Positions 55,566-64,000 of a stretch of 64,000 nucleotides of DNA are shown here, piece by piece; the first letter of the stretch is position 1; the number at the start of each line of letters is the position of its first letter. This DNA is from an uncultured Bacteroidota bacterium (GTDB lineage: Bacteria; Bacteroidota; Ignavibacteria; UBA10030; UBA8401), in contig CALETH010000070.1 of NCBI GenBank assembly GCA_937920105.1, forward strand, positions 73,484 to 137,483. The letters run 5' to 3'. A program made the position numbers and the translations under genes. The notes below the pieces were generated by a model. The model had not been told where the DNA came from. It saw only the letters and a program-made list of their open reading frames with translations, and ran no database searches.

Positions 55566-56705
55566 ATGAAATATCTCTTTACCTCTGAATCCGTTTCAGA
55601 AGGACACCCAGATAAAGTTGCAGATGCAATTTCTGATGCAATGTTAGACGCATTGCTTGCTCAAGATAAATACTCACGAGTTGCCTGCGAAACATTTGTA
55701 ACCACAGGTCTTGCCGTAGTTGGTGGAGAAGTTACCACTAATGCCTACGTTGATGTGCAAGAAATTGTTCGTAAAACCGTACGAGAAATTGGGTATACTC
55801 GTGCAGAATATCGTTTTGATTGCGATTCCTGTGCAGTTATTTCTAGTATCCACTCACAATCTCCCGATATAGCGCGCGGTGTTGATACTGGTGGTGCTGG
55901 CGACCAAGGAATGATGTTTGGTTATGCCAATGATGAAACACCGGAATACATGCCCATGCCAATAATGTTTGCTCATCAACTTGTTCGCAAGTTAGCAGAA
56001 ATCCGCAAGAAGAACGGAAAGTTAATGCCCTACCTTCGTCCAGATGCAAAATCACAAGTAACAATAGAGTATGAAGGAAGAACACCAGTTCGCGTTGATA
56101 CTGTTGTTATATCCACCCAACATGATGCAGATGTTTCTCAGAAAAAAATTCGTGAAGATGTTATTAACAATGTTATTAAAAAAGTTATACCGTCATATTT
56201 GTTAGATAACAAAACAAAATATTATGTGAATCCAACTGGACGTTTTGAAATTGGTGGACCTCACGGTGATAGTGGATTAACCGGGCGAAAAATTATTGTT
56301 GATACTTATGGCGGACGCGCTCCGCACGGTGGTGGTGCATTTTCTGGAAAAGACCCATCAAAAGTAGATAGAAGTGCTGCCTATGCTGCAAGACATCTTG
56401 CAAAAAATATTGTTGCTGCAGGTTTGGCAAAAGAATGTCTCATTCAAGTTGCGTATGCTATTGGTGTTGCAGAACCAGTTTCTATTTATGTCAATACATA
56501 CAACACTGGAATTATGCCAGATAACGAAATTTCAAAAATTCTTATAAAAGAAGTTGATATGACTCCGCGTGGAATTATGAAACGTTTGGATTTATTACGA
56601 CCAATTTATCGTAAAACTGCTTCTTATGGACATTTTGGAAGAACAGAAAAAGAATTTACTTGGGAACATTTGGATTTGGTAAAAATGTTGCAAAAAAATT
56701 TATGA
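55566..56705 (+). CDS. metK: S-adenosylmethionine synthetase
   Basis: [26 protein letters not shown] and [16 protein letters not shown] are present. Confidence 0.97.
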   Translation: MKYLFTSESVSEGHPDKVADAISDAMLDALLAQDKYSRVACETFVTTGLAVVGGEVTTNAYVDVQEIVRKTVREIGYTRAEYRFDCDSCAVISSIHSQSPDIARGVDTGGAGDQGMMFGYANDETPEYMPMPIMFAHQLVRKLAEIRKKNGKLMPYLRPDAKSQVTIEYEGRTPVRVDTVVISTQHDADVSQKKIREDVINNVIKKVIPSYLLDNKTKYYVNPTGRFEIGGPHGDSGLTGRKIIVDTYGGRAPHGGGAFSGKDPSKVDRSAAYAARHLAKNIVAAGLAKECLIQVAYAIGVAEPVSIYVNTYNTGIMPDNEISKILIKEVDMTPRGIMKRLDLLRPIYRKTASYGHFGRTEKEFTWEHLDLVKMLQKNL

Positions 56706-57184
56706 AAAACATTATCGTTTCTTCTTTAGTACAACAACTTGAAGAAGCATATCACAAACAAGCATGGCATGGAACAAATCTTCGTGGCTCACTACGAGGA
56801 TTAACATTGGAACAATTGTGTTGGCGTCCAACACCAAAACGCCATAACATTTGGGAAATAGCAATTCACTGTGCTTATTGGAAATACGCAGTAAAAAGAA
56901 GAATAACCAATGAACAACGCGGAGCATTTTTGTTGAAAGGAAGTAATTGGTTTACCCGTCCAACAGAAAAAACACTTGCTGCGTGGAAAAAAGATTTGCA
57001 ATTATTAGAAGAAACACACGAAAATCTGATTGAAGTTGCTTGCAAATTATCCGATAAAGAATTGTCACATCGCGTAGCAACAAAAAAATTTACACATTTG
57101 CAAACCATACAAGGAATTGCACTGCATGATATTTATCATGCAGGACAAATACAATTATTAAAACGCTTACAAAAAAAATCGTAA
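56702..57184 (+). CDS. DinB-superfamily (four-helix-bundle, metal-binding) protein
   Basis: The ATG forms an ATGA overlap with the metK stop. …WHGTNL…, …[11 protein letters not shown]… and …HDIYHAGQI… form a His-triad pattern typical of DinB/YfiT-like proteins. Confidence 0.7.
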   Translation: MKNIIVSSLVQQLEEAYHKQAWHGTNLRGSLRGLTLEQLCWRPTPKRHNIWEIAIHCAYWKYAVKRRITNEQRGAFLLKGSNWFTRPTEKTLAAWKKDLQLLEETHENLIEVACKLSDKELSHRVATKKFTHLQTIQGIALHDIYHAGQIQLLKRLQKKS

Positions 57185-57215
57185 GTTAATTATCATATTC
57201 AAGGAGAAAAAAACA

Positions 57216-58532
57216 ATGCTCGTAGCAGAAGAAAAAAAACTCAAATACAAAGTAAAAGATATTTCCCTTGCAGAATGGGGAAGAAAAGAAATTACACTTG
57301 CAGAAGCAGAAATGCCCGGACTAATGTCCTTGCGAGAAGAATATAAAGGAAAGAATCCTCTCAAAGGTGCGCGCATTGCCGGATGTTTGCACATGACTAT
57401 TCAAACAGCAGTGTTGATTGAAACATTGGTAGAACTTGGTGCAGAGGTAACATGGTCATCATGTAATATTTTTTCTACACAAGACCACGCTGCTGCTGCA
57501 ATTGCTGCAGCGGGAATTCCCGTTTTTGCATGGAAAGAAATGAGTGCTGAAGAATTTGATTGGTGTATTGAACAAACACTTTTTGCATTCAAAGATGGAA
57601 AGCCACTCAACATGATTTTAGATGATGGTGGAGATTTAACAAACATGGTGTTTGATAAATTCCCGGAATTAGCCGCAAACATTAAAGGGCTTTCCGAAGA
57701 AACCACCACAGGCGTTCACCGTCTTTATGAAAGAATGAAAAACGGAACCCTCTTCGTTCCCGCAATTAATATTAATGATTCAGTTACAAAATCTAAATTT
57801 GATAATAAATATGGATGCCGCGAATCATTAGTTGATGCAATTCGCCGAGCAACAGATTTAATGCTTGCCGGAAAAGTTGCCGTTGTTGCTGGTTATGGTG
57901 ATGTAGGAAAAGGCTCTGCAGAATCATTAAGCAGCGCAGGTGTTCGCGTTATTGTTACAGAAATTGACCCCATTTGTGCATTGCAAGCAGCAATGGATGG
58001 ATATGAAGTGAAAAAAATGGATACTGCAGTTCCCGAAGCAGATATTATTGTTACCACAACTGGAAACAAAGATATTATTGTTGGTCGCCATTTTAAAATG
58101 ATGAAAGATAAAGCAATCGTTTGTAATATCGGACATTTTGATATTGAAATAGATGTTGCATGGCTCAACAAAAATTATGGACACACCAAAGATACTATCA
58201 AACCACAAGTTGATAAATACACTCTTGACGGAAAAGATATTATTCTTCTTGCTGAAGGACGTTTGGTAAATTTAGGTTGTGCTATGGGACATCCATCCTT
58301 TGTTATGTCCAACTCATTTACCAATCAAGTACTTGCTCAATTAGAATTATGGAATAACAGTGATAAGTACGAAAAGAAAGTCTACATGCTTCCCAAACAT
58401 TTAGATGAAAAAGTTGCACGTCTTCATTTAGCAAAAATCGGAGTAGAGTTGGATGTGTTGAGTAAAGACCAAGCAGAATATATTGGTGTTGCTGTAAATG
58501 GTCCGTTTAAACCGGAGTATTATCGATATTAA
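57216..58532 (+). CDS. ahcY: Adenosylhomocysteinase
   Basis: …[21 protein letters not shown]…, [12 protein letters not shown] and GHFD.EID are present. The product is 438 aa and ends …EYYRY. Confidence 0.97.
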   Translation: MLVAEEKKLKYKVKDISLAEWGRKEITLAEAEMPGLMSLREEYKGKNPLKGARIAGCLHMTIQTAVLIETLVELGAEVTWSSCNIFSTQDHAAAAIAAAGIPVFAWKEMSAEEFDWCIEQTLFAFKDGKPLNMILDDGGDLTNMVFDKFPELAANIKGLSEETTTGVHRLYERMKNGTLFVPAININDSVTKSKFDNKYGCRESLVDAIRRATDLMLAGKVAVVAGYGDVGKGSAESLSSAGVRVIVTEIDPICALQAAMDGYEVKKMDTAVPEADIIVTTTGNKDIIVGRHFKMMKDKAIVCNIGHFDIEIDVAWLNKNYGHTKDTIKPQVDKYTLDGKDIILLAEGRLVNLGCAMGHPSFVMSNSFTNQVLAQLELWNNSDKYEKKVYMLPKHLDEKVARLHLAKIGVELDVLSKDQAEYIGVAVNGPFKPEYYRY

Positions 58533-58563
58533 GAAATAATGTAGAAGTTTTTTGTTTGTGGGA

Positions 58564-59022
58564 TTATTTTTTTATGGAAAATAATTCTTCTAGTTTTTTA
58601 TATCGAAACAGAAAAATCTTTTCTATTTGTTTCTTTATTATAAGGGAGTTCATCATTTTTCCCAAAATACCAAATGGAGGTTTGTAGTGTATAATATCTT
58701 TCATTTCTACTCCGGTATCAGTTTTTTGCAAAATATGTTGATGATGCCAAAATGAATAGGGTCCGAAACGTTGTTCATCCACAAAGAAAAATGGTTCTTG
58801 TACGTGGGTAATTTCTGTAACCCAATGTATAGGAATATGAAGTATTGGACGAACTTTGTATTGGATAATCATACCAGCGTACATTTTTTCTTCTATGGAA
58901 GAAATAATATCAAACCCCATAAATTCCGGAGTAATTGTTTTGAGATTTTTTGGGGAAGAAATGAACTCCCATGCTTGTTCAAGAGTTAAAGGGAGGTTTT
59001 GAGAGTAGGTGAGTGTATACAT
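58564..59022 (-). CDS. SRPBCC (START/Bet v1-like) family protein
   Basis: The product is 152 aa. …FVDEQRFGPYSFWHHQHIL… is the typical block of the polyketide_cyc2-like subgroup. Confidence 0.7.
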   Translation of the reverse strand: MYTLTYSQNLPLTLEQAWEFISSPKNLKTITPEFMGFDIISSIEEKMYAGMIIQYKVRPILHIPIHWVTEITHVQEPFFFVDEQRFGPYSFWHHQHILQKTDTGVEMKDIIHYKPPFGILGKMMNSLIIKKQIEKIFLFRYKKLEELFSIKK

Positions 59023-59850
59023 TTAATAACTTTCTTTTTCATTTGGGAACTGTGATTTTTTTACATCATTACTATAATTTTGAAATGCTGTACGCATGAT
59101 TTCAGAAAGATTTGCATAGTGCCGTACAAAACGTGGATGAAAATGTTCATTCATTCCTAATATATCATTAGTAACCAATACTTGTCCATCGCAGTGAACA
59201 CCAGCACCAATACCAATAGTTGCACAGGAAACTTTTTTGGTTACTTTTTCTGCCAGTGCTGAAGGAATTTTTTCCAGCACAATGCTGAACACACCGGCAG
59301 AATTTAATAATTGGGCTTCGTTCAATAATGTTTTTGCTTCCGTAGTTTCTGCTGCACGCACTTCGTATGAACCAAATTGATTGATGGATTGTGGTGTTAA
59401 TCCCAAATGTCCCATCACAGGAATTCCGATTTCTATTAATTTTTTGATAAGTTCTGCATTGCGAGTTCCGCCTTCAATTTTTACTGCTTCTGCTCCTGTT
59501 TCTTTAATGACTCTCCCGCAATTTTTTATGGCATCTTCTATACTTACTTGGTAGGACATGAACGGCATATCGGCAACAACCATTGCATGTTGTGTTGCTC
59601 TTTTTACAATTTTTGTGTGGTAGATGATTTCTTCCAGAGTTACGGAAAGTGTGGTTTCTTTTCCTTGAAAAACATTGGCTAAAGAATCTCCCACTAAAAT
59701 AATTTCTACACCAACTTCATCCAAAAGTTTTGCGGTGATGAAATCATACGCGGTGAGCATGGCAATTTTTTCTCCATTTTTTTTCATGGAAAAAATTGTT
59801 TTTGCAGTAATTTTTTTCTTTGGGGATTGTGTTTGTGTGCTCATAAGCAT
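59023..59850 (-). CDS. panB: 3-methyl-2-oxobutanoate hydroxymethyltransferase
   Basis: …IAMLTAYD…, LVGDSLANV, …VKIEGG… and …GHLGLTPQS… are present. Confidence 0.95.
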   Translation of the reverse strand: MLMSTQTQSPKKKITAKTIFSMKKNGEKIAMLTAYDFITAKLLDEVGVEIILVGDSLANVFQGKETTLSVTLEEIIYHTKIVKRATQHAMVVADMPFMSYQVSIEDAIKNCGRVIKETGAEAVKIEGGTRNAELIKKLIEIGIPVMGHLGLTPQSINQFGSYEVRAAETTEAKTLLNEAQLLNSAGVFSIVLEKIPSALAEKVTKKVSCATIGIGAGVHCDGQVLVTNDILGMNEHFHPRFVRHYANLSEIMRTAFQNYSNDVKKSQFPNEKESY

Positions 59851-59875
59851 TTTTTGAATGTTAAAAAATTCGTTA

Positions 59876-60613
59876 TTAGGGTTTTGTATTTATTTTCTCA
59901 TTATACATTTTTTGTAATTTTTGTACGTCTTCCCATGTTGGTTTTTTCCAATGTGGGTTGCGGAGAAGTGCTGCGGGATGGTAGGTTACAATGAGCGGGA
60001 TTCCGCGATAGGTGTGAACTTTTTCTCGTAGTTTTGTGAGTGAATCATTTGTTTTCAGCAACACTTGTGCAGAAATTCTTCCGAGACAGAGAATAAATTT
60101 TGGCTGCACAAGGTCAATTTGTTTCCACAAATATGGTTCGCATTGTTCCACTTCGGAAAGAAGTGGGTCTCTATTATTTGGCGGACGACATTTAAGAATA
60201 TTGCAGATAAAAACTTCTTCTCGTTTGAGTTGGATTGCTTCTAAAATTTTTGTGAACAGTTGTCCTGCTCTTCCAACAAATGGCTCGCCCTTTAAATCTT
60301 CATCAGCACCGGGTGCTTCTCCAACAACCATAATATCTGCTTTGGGATTTCCAACCCCGAACACAAATTTGTTTCGTGTTTTTCCTAATGAACATTTTTG
60401 GCATTCACATATTTGTTGTTGCAATGTTTGGAGTGAATCGGAAGAAACCCAATTTTCTGCCGGAAAATTTTGTGTTTGTGGTGAAGATGGGATTTCTTCT
60501 GTTGGTAGTTTTTTTTTCATAGGTTTGGGATTGGATTCTGGATAAAGAATGTTTCCAAAAAGTTCTTTTTCTTGTTGAAAATATTTTTGAATTTCGGAAA
60601 GGGTTTTTTGCAT
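59876..60613 (-). CDS. Uracil-DNA glycosylase, family 4 (Fe-S)
   Basis: CxxC is present (CECQKCSL). MVVGEAPGADED and …YHPAALLRNP… are present. The N-terminal extension is ~60 aa. Confidence 0.85.
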   Translation of the reverse strand: MQKTLSEIQKYFQQEKELFGNILYPESNPKPMKKKLPTEEIPSSPQTQNFPAENWVSSDSLQTLQQQICECQKCSLGKTRNKFVFGVGNPKADIMVVGEAPGADEDLKGEPFVGRAGQLFTKILEAIQLKREEVFICNILKCRPPNNRDPLLSEVEQCEPYLWKQIDLVQPKFILCLGRISAQVLLKTNDSLTKLREKVHTYRGIPLIVTYHPAALLRNPHWKKPTWEDVQKLQKMYNEKINTKP

Positions 60614-60657
60614 GAAAATGTAATTGTAAAAATTAATAATTTTTGTAATTTTACAAT

Positions 60658-60716
60658 GTCATTCCCGCGAAAGCGGGAGTCCATTTTCTGGATGCCCGAT
60701 AACAACATTCGGGCAT
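60658..60716. repeat. 'gtcattcccgcgaaagcgggagtcc' repeat plus an adjacent atgcccga…tcgggcat hairpin
   Basis: The two hairpins lie at 60658-60682 and 60692-60716, between the UDG start and the coaBC stop. Confidence 0.75.
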
Positions 60717-60726
60717 GACGAAAGAC

Positions 60727-61941
60727 TTAATTTTGTATTATTTGTTTTATCATCTCTAAAATTTTTACCGCAACATCGAATTTAGAAAGCAGTGGAAGAG
60801 AAGTAACATTTCCATCCTTTATAATAATTGTTACTTTATTTGTTTCTGTTCTAAAACCAGCACCGTGTTCTTTCGCATTATTTACCACAATCATATCAAG
60901 ATTTTTTTTGCGGAGTTTTTCTTGTGCATATGCAATTTCATTTTCTGTTTCCAACGCAAATCCCACAAGAAATTGTTTTTTAGATTTTTGTTTTCCCAAC
61001 TCTTGAAGAATATCTATTGTAGGAGTGAGTTGTAATGACACTTCTTGCGTAGATTTTTTTAATTTTTGTGAGTGCGGATTTTTTAATGTAAAATCTGCAA
61101 CAGCAGCGGACATGATAATAATATCTGCTGAAGAAGTATTGGCAAGCATTTCGTTTTTCATTTGTTCTGCAGTTTCTATATCAATGCGATTTACATTTCG
61201 TGGAGTTTTGAGTGTAACAGGTCCACTCACTAAAGTAACCTCTGCTCCTTGAAGTGCAGCAGAATTAGCAAGAGCAAATCCCATTTTTCCTGAGGAATGA
61301 TTTCCGATAAAACGAACTGGGTCGATTGGTTCGTATGTTGGTCCCGCACTGATGAGGATTTTTTTTCCGGAAAACTGCTGTGGAGTTTTTTCTATAATAG
61401 AATTTACATAATCAACAATTTTTTCTGGTTCTGGCAATCTCCCCGCACCAACTAACCCACTGGCTAATTCTCCGGTTTCCGGTGGAAGAATAAAACATCC
61501 TCTGCTTTGTAATGTGGTGATATTTTCTTGTGTTGCAGAGTGTTCATACATATCTACATCCATTGCTGGGCAAATAATAAGTGGACAGCGAAGTGAAAGT
61601 GCTGTTGAAGAAACAACATCTTCCGCAATTCCGTACGCGAGATGTGCGATTGTGTTTGCTGTTGCGGGAGCAATGAGCATTGCATCTGCCCAAATTCCGT
61701 TATGAATATGTTGAACTCCAAGATTTGTTGATGAGTTTGTATCTGTGGGCCACTGTGAAACGATAACTTCTTCTTCAGAAAGTGTGGAAAATGTAAGTGG
61801 TGTAATAAATTGTGTTGCAGATTGTGTCATTAAAACTTTGACTGATGCACCGGATTTTTTTAATAAGCGGATAACTGTACAGATTTTATAAGCGGAAATA
61901 CTTCCGGTAACGCCAAGCAGTATTTTTTTATTGGTGAGCAT
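60727..61941 (-). CDS. coaBC: Bifunctional phosphopantothenoylcysteine decarboxylase / phosphopantothenate-cysteine ligase
   Basis: GVTGSISAYK marks the flavoprotein domain. …NHSSGKMGFALA… marks the CoaB domain. The product is 404 aa. Confidence 0.95.
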   Translation of the reverse strand: MLTNKKILLGVTGSISAYKICTVIRLLKKSGASVKVLMTQSATQFITPLTFSTLSEEEVIVSQWPTDTNSSTNLGVQHIHNGIWADAMLIAPATANTIAHLAYGIAEDVVSSTALSLRCPLIICPAMDVDMYEHSATQENITTLQSRGCFILPPETGELASGLVGAGRLPEPEKIVDYVNSIIEKTPQQFSGKKILISAGPTYEPIDPVRFIGNHSSGKMGFALANSAALQGAEVTLVSGPVTLKTPRNVNRIDIETAEQMKNEMLANTSSADIIIMSAAVADFTLKNPHSQKLKKSTQEVSLQLTPTIDILQELGKQKSKKQFLVGFALETENEIAYAQEKLRKKNLDMIVVNNAKEHGAGFRTETNKVTIIIKDGNVTSLPLLSKFDVAVKILEMIKQIIQN

Positions 61942-62019
61942 CAGTTTTTCTATAGTTTGATGATTAATAGTAAAAGATATAATATTTTTAGAAAAAATAG
62001 AAACGGAGTATAAACAACA

Positions 62020-62052
62020 AACCCTGCCAGAATTTTAAATTCTGGCAGGGTT
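62020..62052. terminator. Perfect 16-bp hairpin between rpoZ and coaBC (terminator/attenuator candidate)
   Basis: The sequence is aaccctgccagaattt-t-aaattctggcagggtt. The flanking U-runs are weak on both strands. Confidence 0.45.
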
Positions 62053-62076
62053 ATCTTTCTCTACTTAAGTACTTAT

Positions 62077-62379
62077 TTACTTCACATCTTCTTCTTTGTA
62101 GTGGAACTCTATTTTATCAGTCATCAATTCTTGTAATGCTTGTTCCGTAGGTTTCGGACGGTTTTCAAATTCCAAACTAATTTTTAATTGGTCTGGATTC
62201 ACTGGTTCGATTTCTTCTTCTTCTACGGTAAGAGCAGTGATGGTTTCTATGCGTTGGTTAAATTCCAATTTCCGTTCATCATTAATTTGTCGTGAGCGTT
62301 TAGAAAGTACCACGATTGCTTCATACACATTTGCTGCTTTTGCTTCAAGCTCTTTGATTTCTACGGTTTTGATAGACAT
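62077..62379 (-). CDS. rpoZ: DNA-directed RNA polymerase subunit omega
   Basis: …NVYEAIVVLSKRSRQIN… is present. The product is 100 aa and lies downstream of gmk. Confidence 0.85.
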   Translation of the reverse strand: MSIKTVEIKELEAKAANVYEAIVVLSKRSRQINDERKLEFNQRIETITALTVEEEEIEPVNPDQLKISLEFENRPKPTEQALQELMTDKIEFHYKEEDVK

Positions 62380-62388
62380 TGTTTTCTC

Positions 62389-62952
62389 CTACAATAAATG
62401 TTTTTGAATAATATTTTCTACTTCTTTGGTTGCAGATTCTAAATTGTTGTTGACTACAGTATAATCAAATTGTTTGCCAATTTCTAATTCCATTCCAGCA
62501 CGTTCGATACGTGTTTTGATTTTTTCTTCACTTTCAGTTTTTCTATTTCGCAAACGCTCTTCTAAAATTTTCATATCCGGTGGCGCAATAAAAATAAGAA
62601 CAGCATCATTTCCGTAAAATTTTTTGATGGATAATGCACCGCGAACATCAACATCAAACATCATGATTTTATTTGATGATAATGCCCGGTCAGTTTCTTC
62701 TTTTAACGTTCCATAATAATCACCGAAAAGTTGTTCGTATTCTACTAACTGTTTATTGTGAAGAAGTTCTTCAAATTTTTCTTTAGTGAGAAAGAAATAA
62801 TCTTTTCCGTGTATTTCTCCCGGACGTTGTGTTCGTGTTGTTGCTGAAACAGAAAATAATATTTCTGGATGTTTTTGTAAAATTGCTTTAACGATTGATG
62901 TTTTTCCACCTCCGCTTGGTGCTGAAATAACGAAAAGTTTAGCAGTGTTCAT
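62389..62952 (-). CDS. gmk: Guanylate kinase
   Basis: The P-loop is SAPSGGGKTS. …TTR..RPGE..G.DYFF… is present. The product is 187 aa. Confidence 0.95.
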   Translation of the reverse strand: MNTAKLFVISAPSGGGKTSIVKAILQKHPEILFSVSATTRTQRPGEIHGKDYFFLTKEKFEELLHNKQLVEYEQLFGDYYGTLKEETDRALSSNKIMMFDVDVRGALSIKKFYGNDAVLIFIAPPDMKILEERLRNRKTESEEKIKTRIERAGMELEIGKQFDYTVVNNNLESATKEVENIIQKHLL

Positions 62953-62960
62953 AAAACAAG

Positions 62961-63839
62961 TTACTCAATATTTTGAAGTTGTTCTCGCACTTTTTCCAAC
63001 TCTTCTTTAATAGCAACAACATGATGCGTAATTTCTGTGCTGGAAGATTTTGAACCAATCGTATTTGCTTCTCTATTCATTTCTTGAATAAGAAAATTTA
63101 ATTTCCGTCCCGGAGATTCATCATTTTTCAATGAGTCTGCAAAAAATTTTGTGTGACTGCGAAAGCGAACACATTCTTCAGTAATATCCAGTTTATCAAT
63201 AAGCAGTGCAATTTCTAATTCTAAACGTTGAGTGTTAATTACAGCAATATCTCCAACAAGTGCAGAAATTCTTTGATGTAATTTTTTTTGTTCTTCTGGT
63301 AATTCTTCATTCGTTTTTTTTTGAATTGCATTAATTCGTATATCTATTGCAGCAATGCGTTCAAGCAAATCTTTAGAAAGTTCTTCACCTTCTTTTTTCC
63401 GCATTTCTTTTAATGATGTAATTGCTGGGTGCAACGCAGAAAGAAAAACATTCCAAAGTTTTTCATCATCTTTTTTAGAATCCACCACAAATAAACTATC
63501 AGAAAAATGAAGAAGATGTTCTAACTGAATTGCTCCTTTAATTTTTGTTGCTTTGCGAAGTTCCTGAAGAAGTTGATGAAACGTTTGTACTTTTTCTATG
63601 TCAAGTTGTAACGATGTTTTTTCTTGTGATTCTTCTTCGATTGTGGTGTTAAGAGTAATTTTTCCTCTTCCGAGTTTTGAACGAAGAATTTCCTTAATTT
63701 CCGTTTCTCGCAATGAAAGAGAACGAGGCAGCCGCATAGCAATATCCAAAAAGCGATTGTTGACACTGTACAATTCTATAGTACATGTCATCCCATCATT
63801 TTGGGATTCACCTCTGCCGTAACCAGTCATGCTTTCCAT
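62961..63839 (-). CDS. yicC: YicC/YloC family stress-induced endoribonuclease
   Basis: MESMTGYGRG…SVNNRFLD… is at the N-terminus and …EMNREANTIGSKS… at the C-terminus. The ATG at 63839 is preferred over the GTG at 63860. Confidence 0.85.
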   Translation of the reverse strand: MESMTGYGRGESQNDGMTCTIELYSVNNRFLDIAMRLPRSLSLRETEIKEILRSKLGRGKITLNTTIEEESQEKTSLQLDIEKVQTFHQLLQELRKATKIKGAIQLEHLLHFSDSLFVVDSKKDDEKLWNVFLSALHPAITSLKEMRKKEGEELSKDLLERIAAIDIRINAIQKKTNEELPEEQKKLHQRISALVGDIAVINTQRLELEIALLIDKLDITEECVRFRSHTKFFADSLKNDESPGRKLNFLIQEMNREANTIGSKSSSTEITHHVVAIKEELEKVREQLQNIE

Positions 63840-63939
63840 AAAAACCTCATTAAGATTCACAAAATACGAGAAAAAGTTTAATCATACAAGAACGTATTTT
63901 TTTGATATTTTTTTGTTAGATTAATTGATAAAATATCTT

Positions 63940-64000
63940 GTCATTCTCGCATGTCCCGCTTGTACGGGATGCCGTACCAACGGCATTTTTAGCGGGAATC
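63940..64000. repeat. 'gtcattctcgc…agcgggaatc' repeat with an expanded, internally hairpinned loop (runs to the window edge)
   Basis: The sequence is gtcattctcgcatgtcccgcttgtacgggatgccgtaccaacggcatttttagcgggaatc. Confidence 0.7.

Overview
The window looks like a low-GC chromosomal segment from an FCB-group bacterium (Ignavibacteria/Bacteroidota-like). This is inferred from two cargo proteins with T9SS C-terminal sorting domains, TonB-dependent uptake genes and an LDH-type malate dehydrogenase. Most of the window is a housekeeping backbone: murI, rplU-rpmA, mdh, lepB, recG, gpsA-plsY, priA, waaA, metK, ahcY, panB, coaBC, rpoZ-gmk-yicC and one tRNA-Arg(UCG). No rRNA, CRISPR array, transposase, integrase or phage genes were seen.

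Items that go beyond the backbone:
1. A minus-strand cluster encodes two paralogous Ddl-like ATP-grasp ligases, a small GNAT and a lysine 2,3-aminomutase (28924..24804). It resembles the ablAB beta-lysine osmolyte pair extended by two ligases, and I know of no described pathway for it.
2. Two divergent Hcp/TssD-like tube-protein homologs lie between mdh and lepB. One carries a Sec signal peptide, and no other T6SS gene is in the window.
3. A two-gene cassette is tandemly duplicated at 1..6036. Each unit is a large beta-rich surface protein followed by a translationally coupled PorV/PorQ/TraF-like outer-membrane barrel.
4. A MacAB-like ABC efflux operon is split by a compositionally distinct four-gene insert carrying a minimal-nucleotidyltransferase pair and a SUKH/SMI1-like immunity-type gene.
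5. A cobalamin riboswitch controls a btuB-like receptor and a beta-propeller lipoprotein.
6. A class-I-like Fic gene beside the tRNA faces a convergent small ORF carrying a Fic-inhibitory TxxxEN motif.
7. An orphan protein with a HEPN-type Rx4H motif sits next to a 125-bp inverted-repeat element.
8. At least five families of short palindromic intergenic repeats are present. Several are nested, and several supply start or stop codons or terminal residues of real genes.

All functional calls come from reading the translated ORFs and the DNA by eye. No database search was run.
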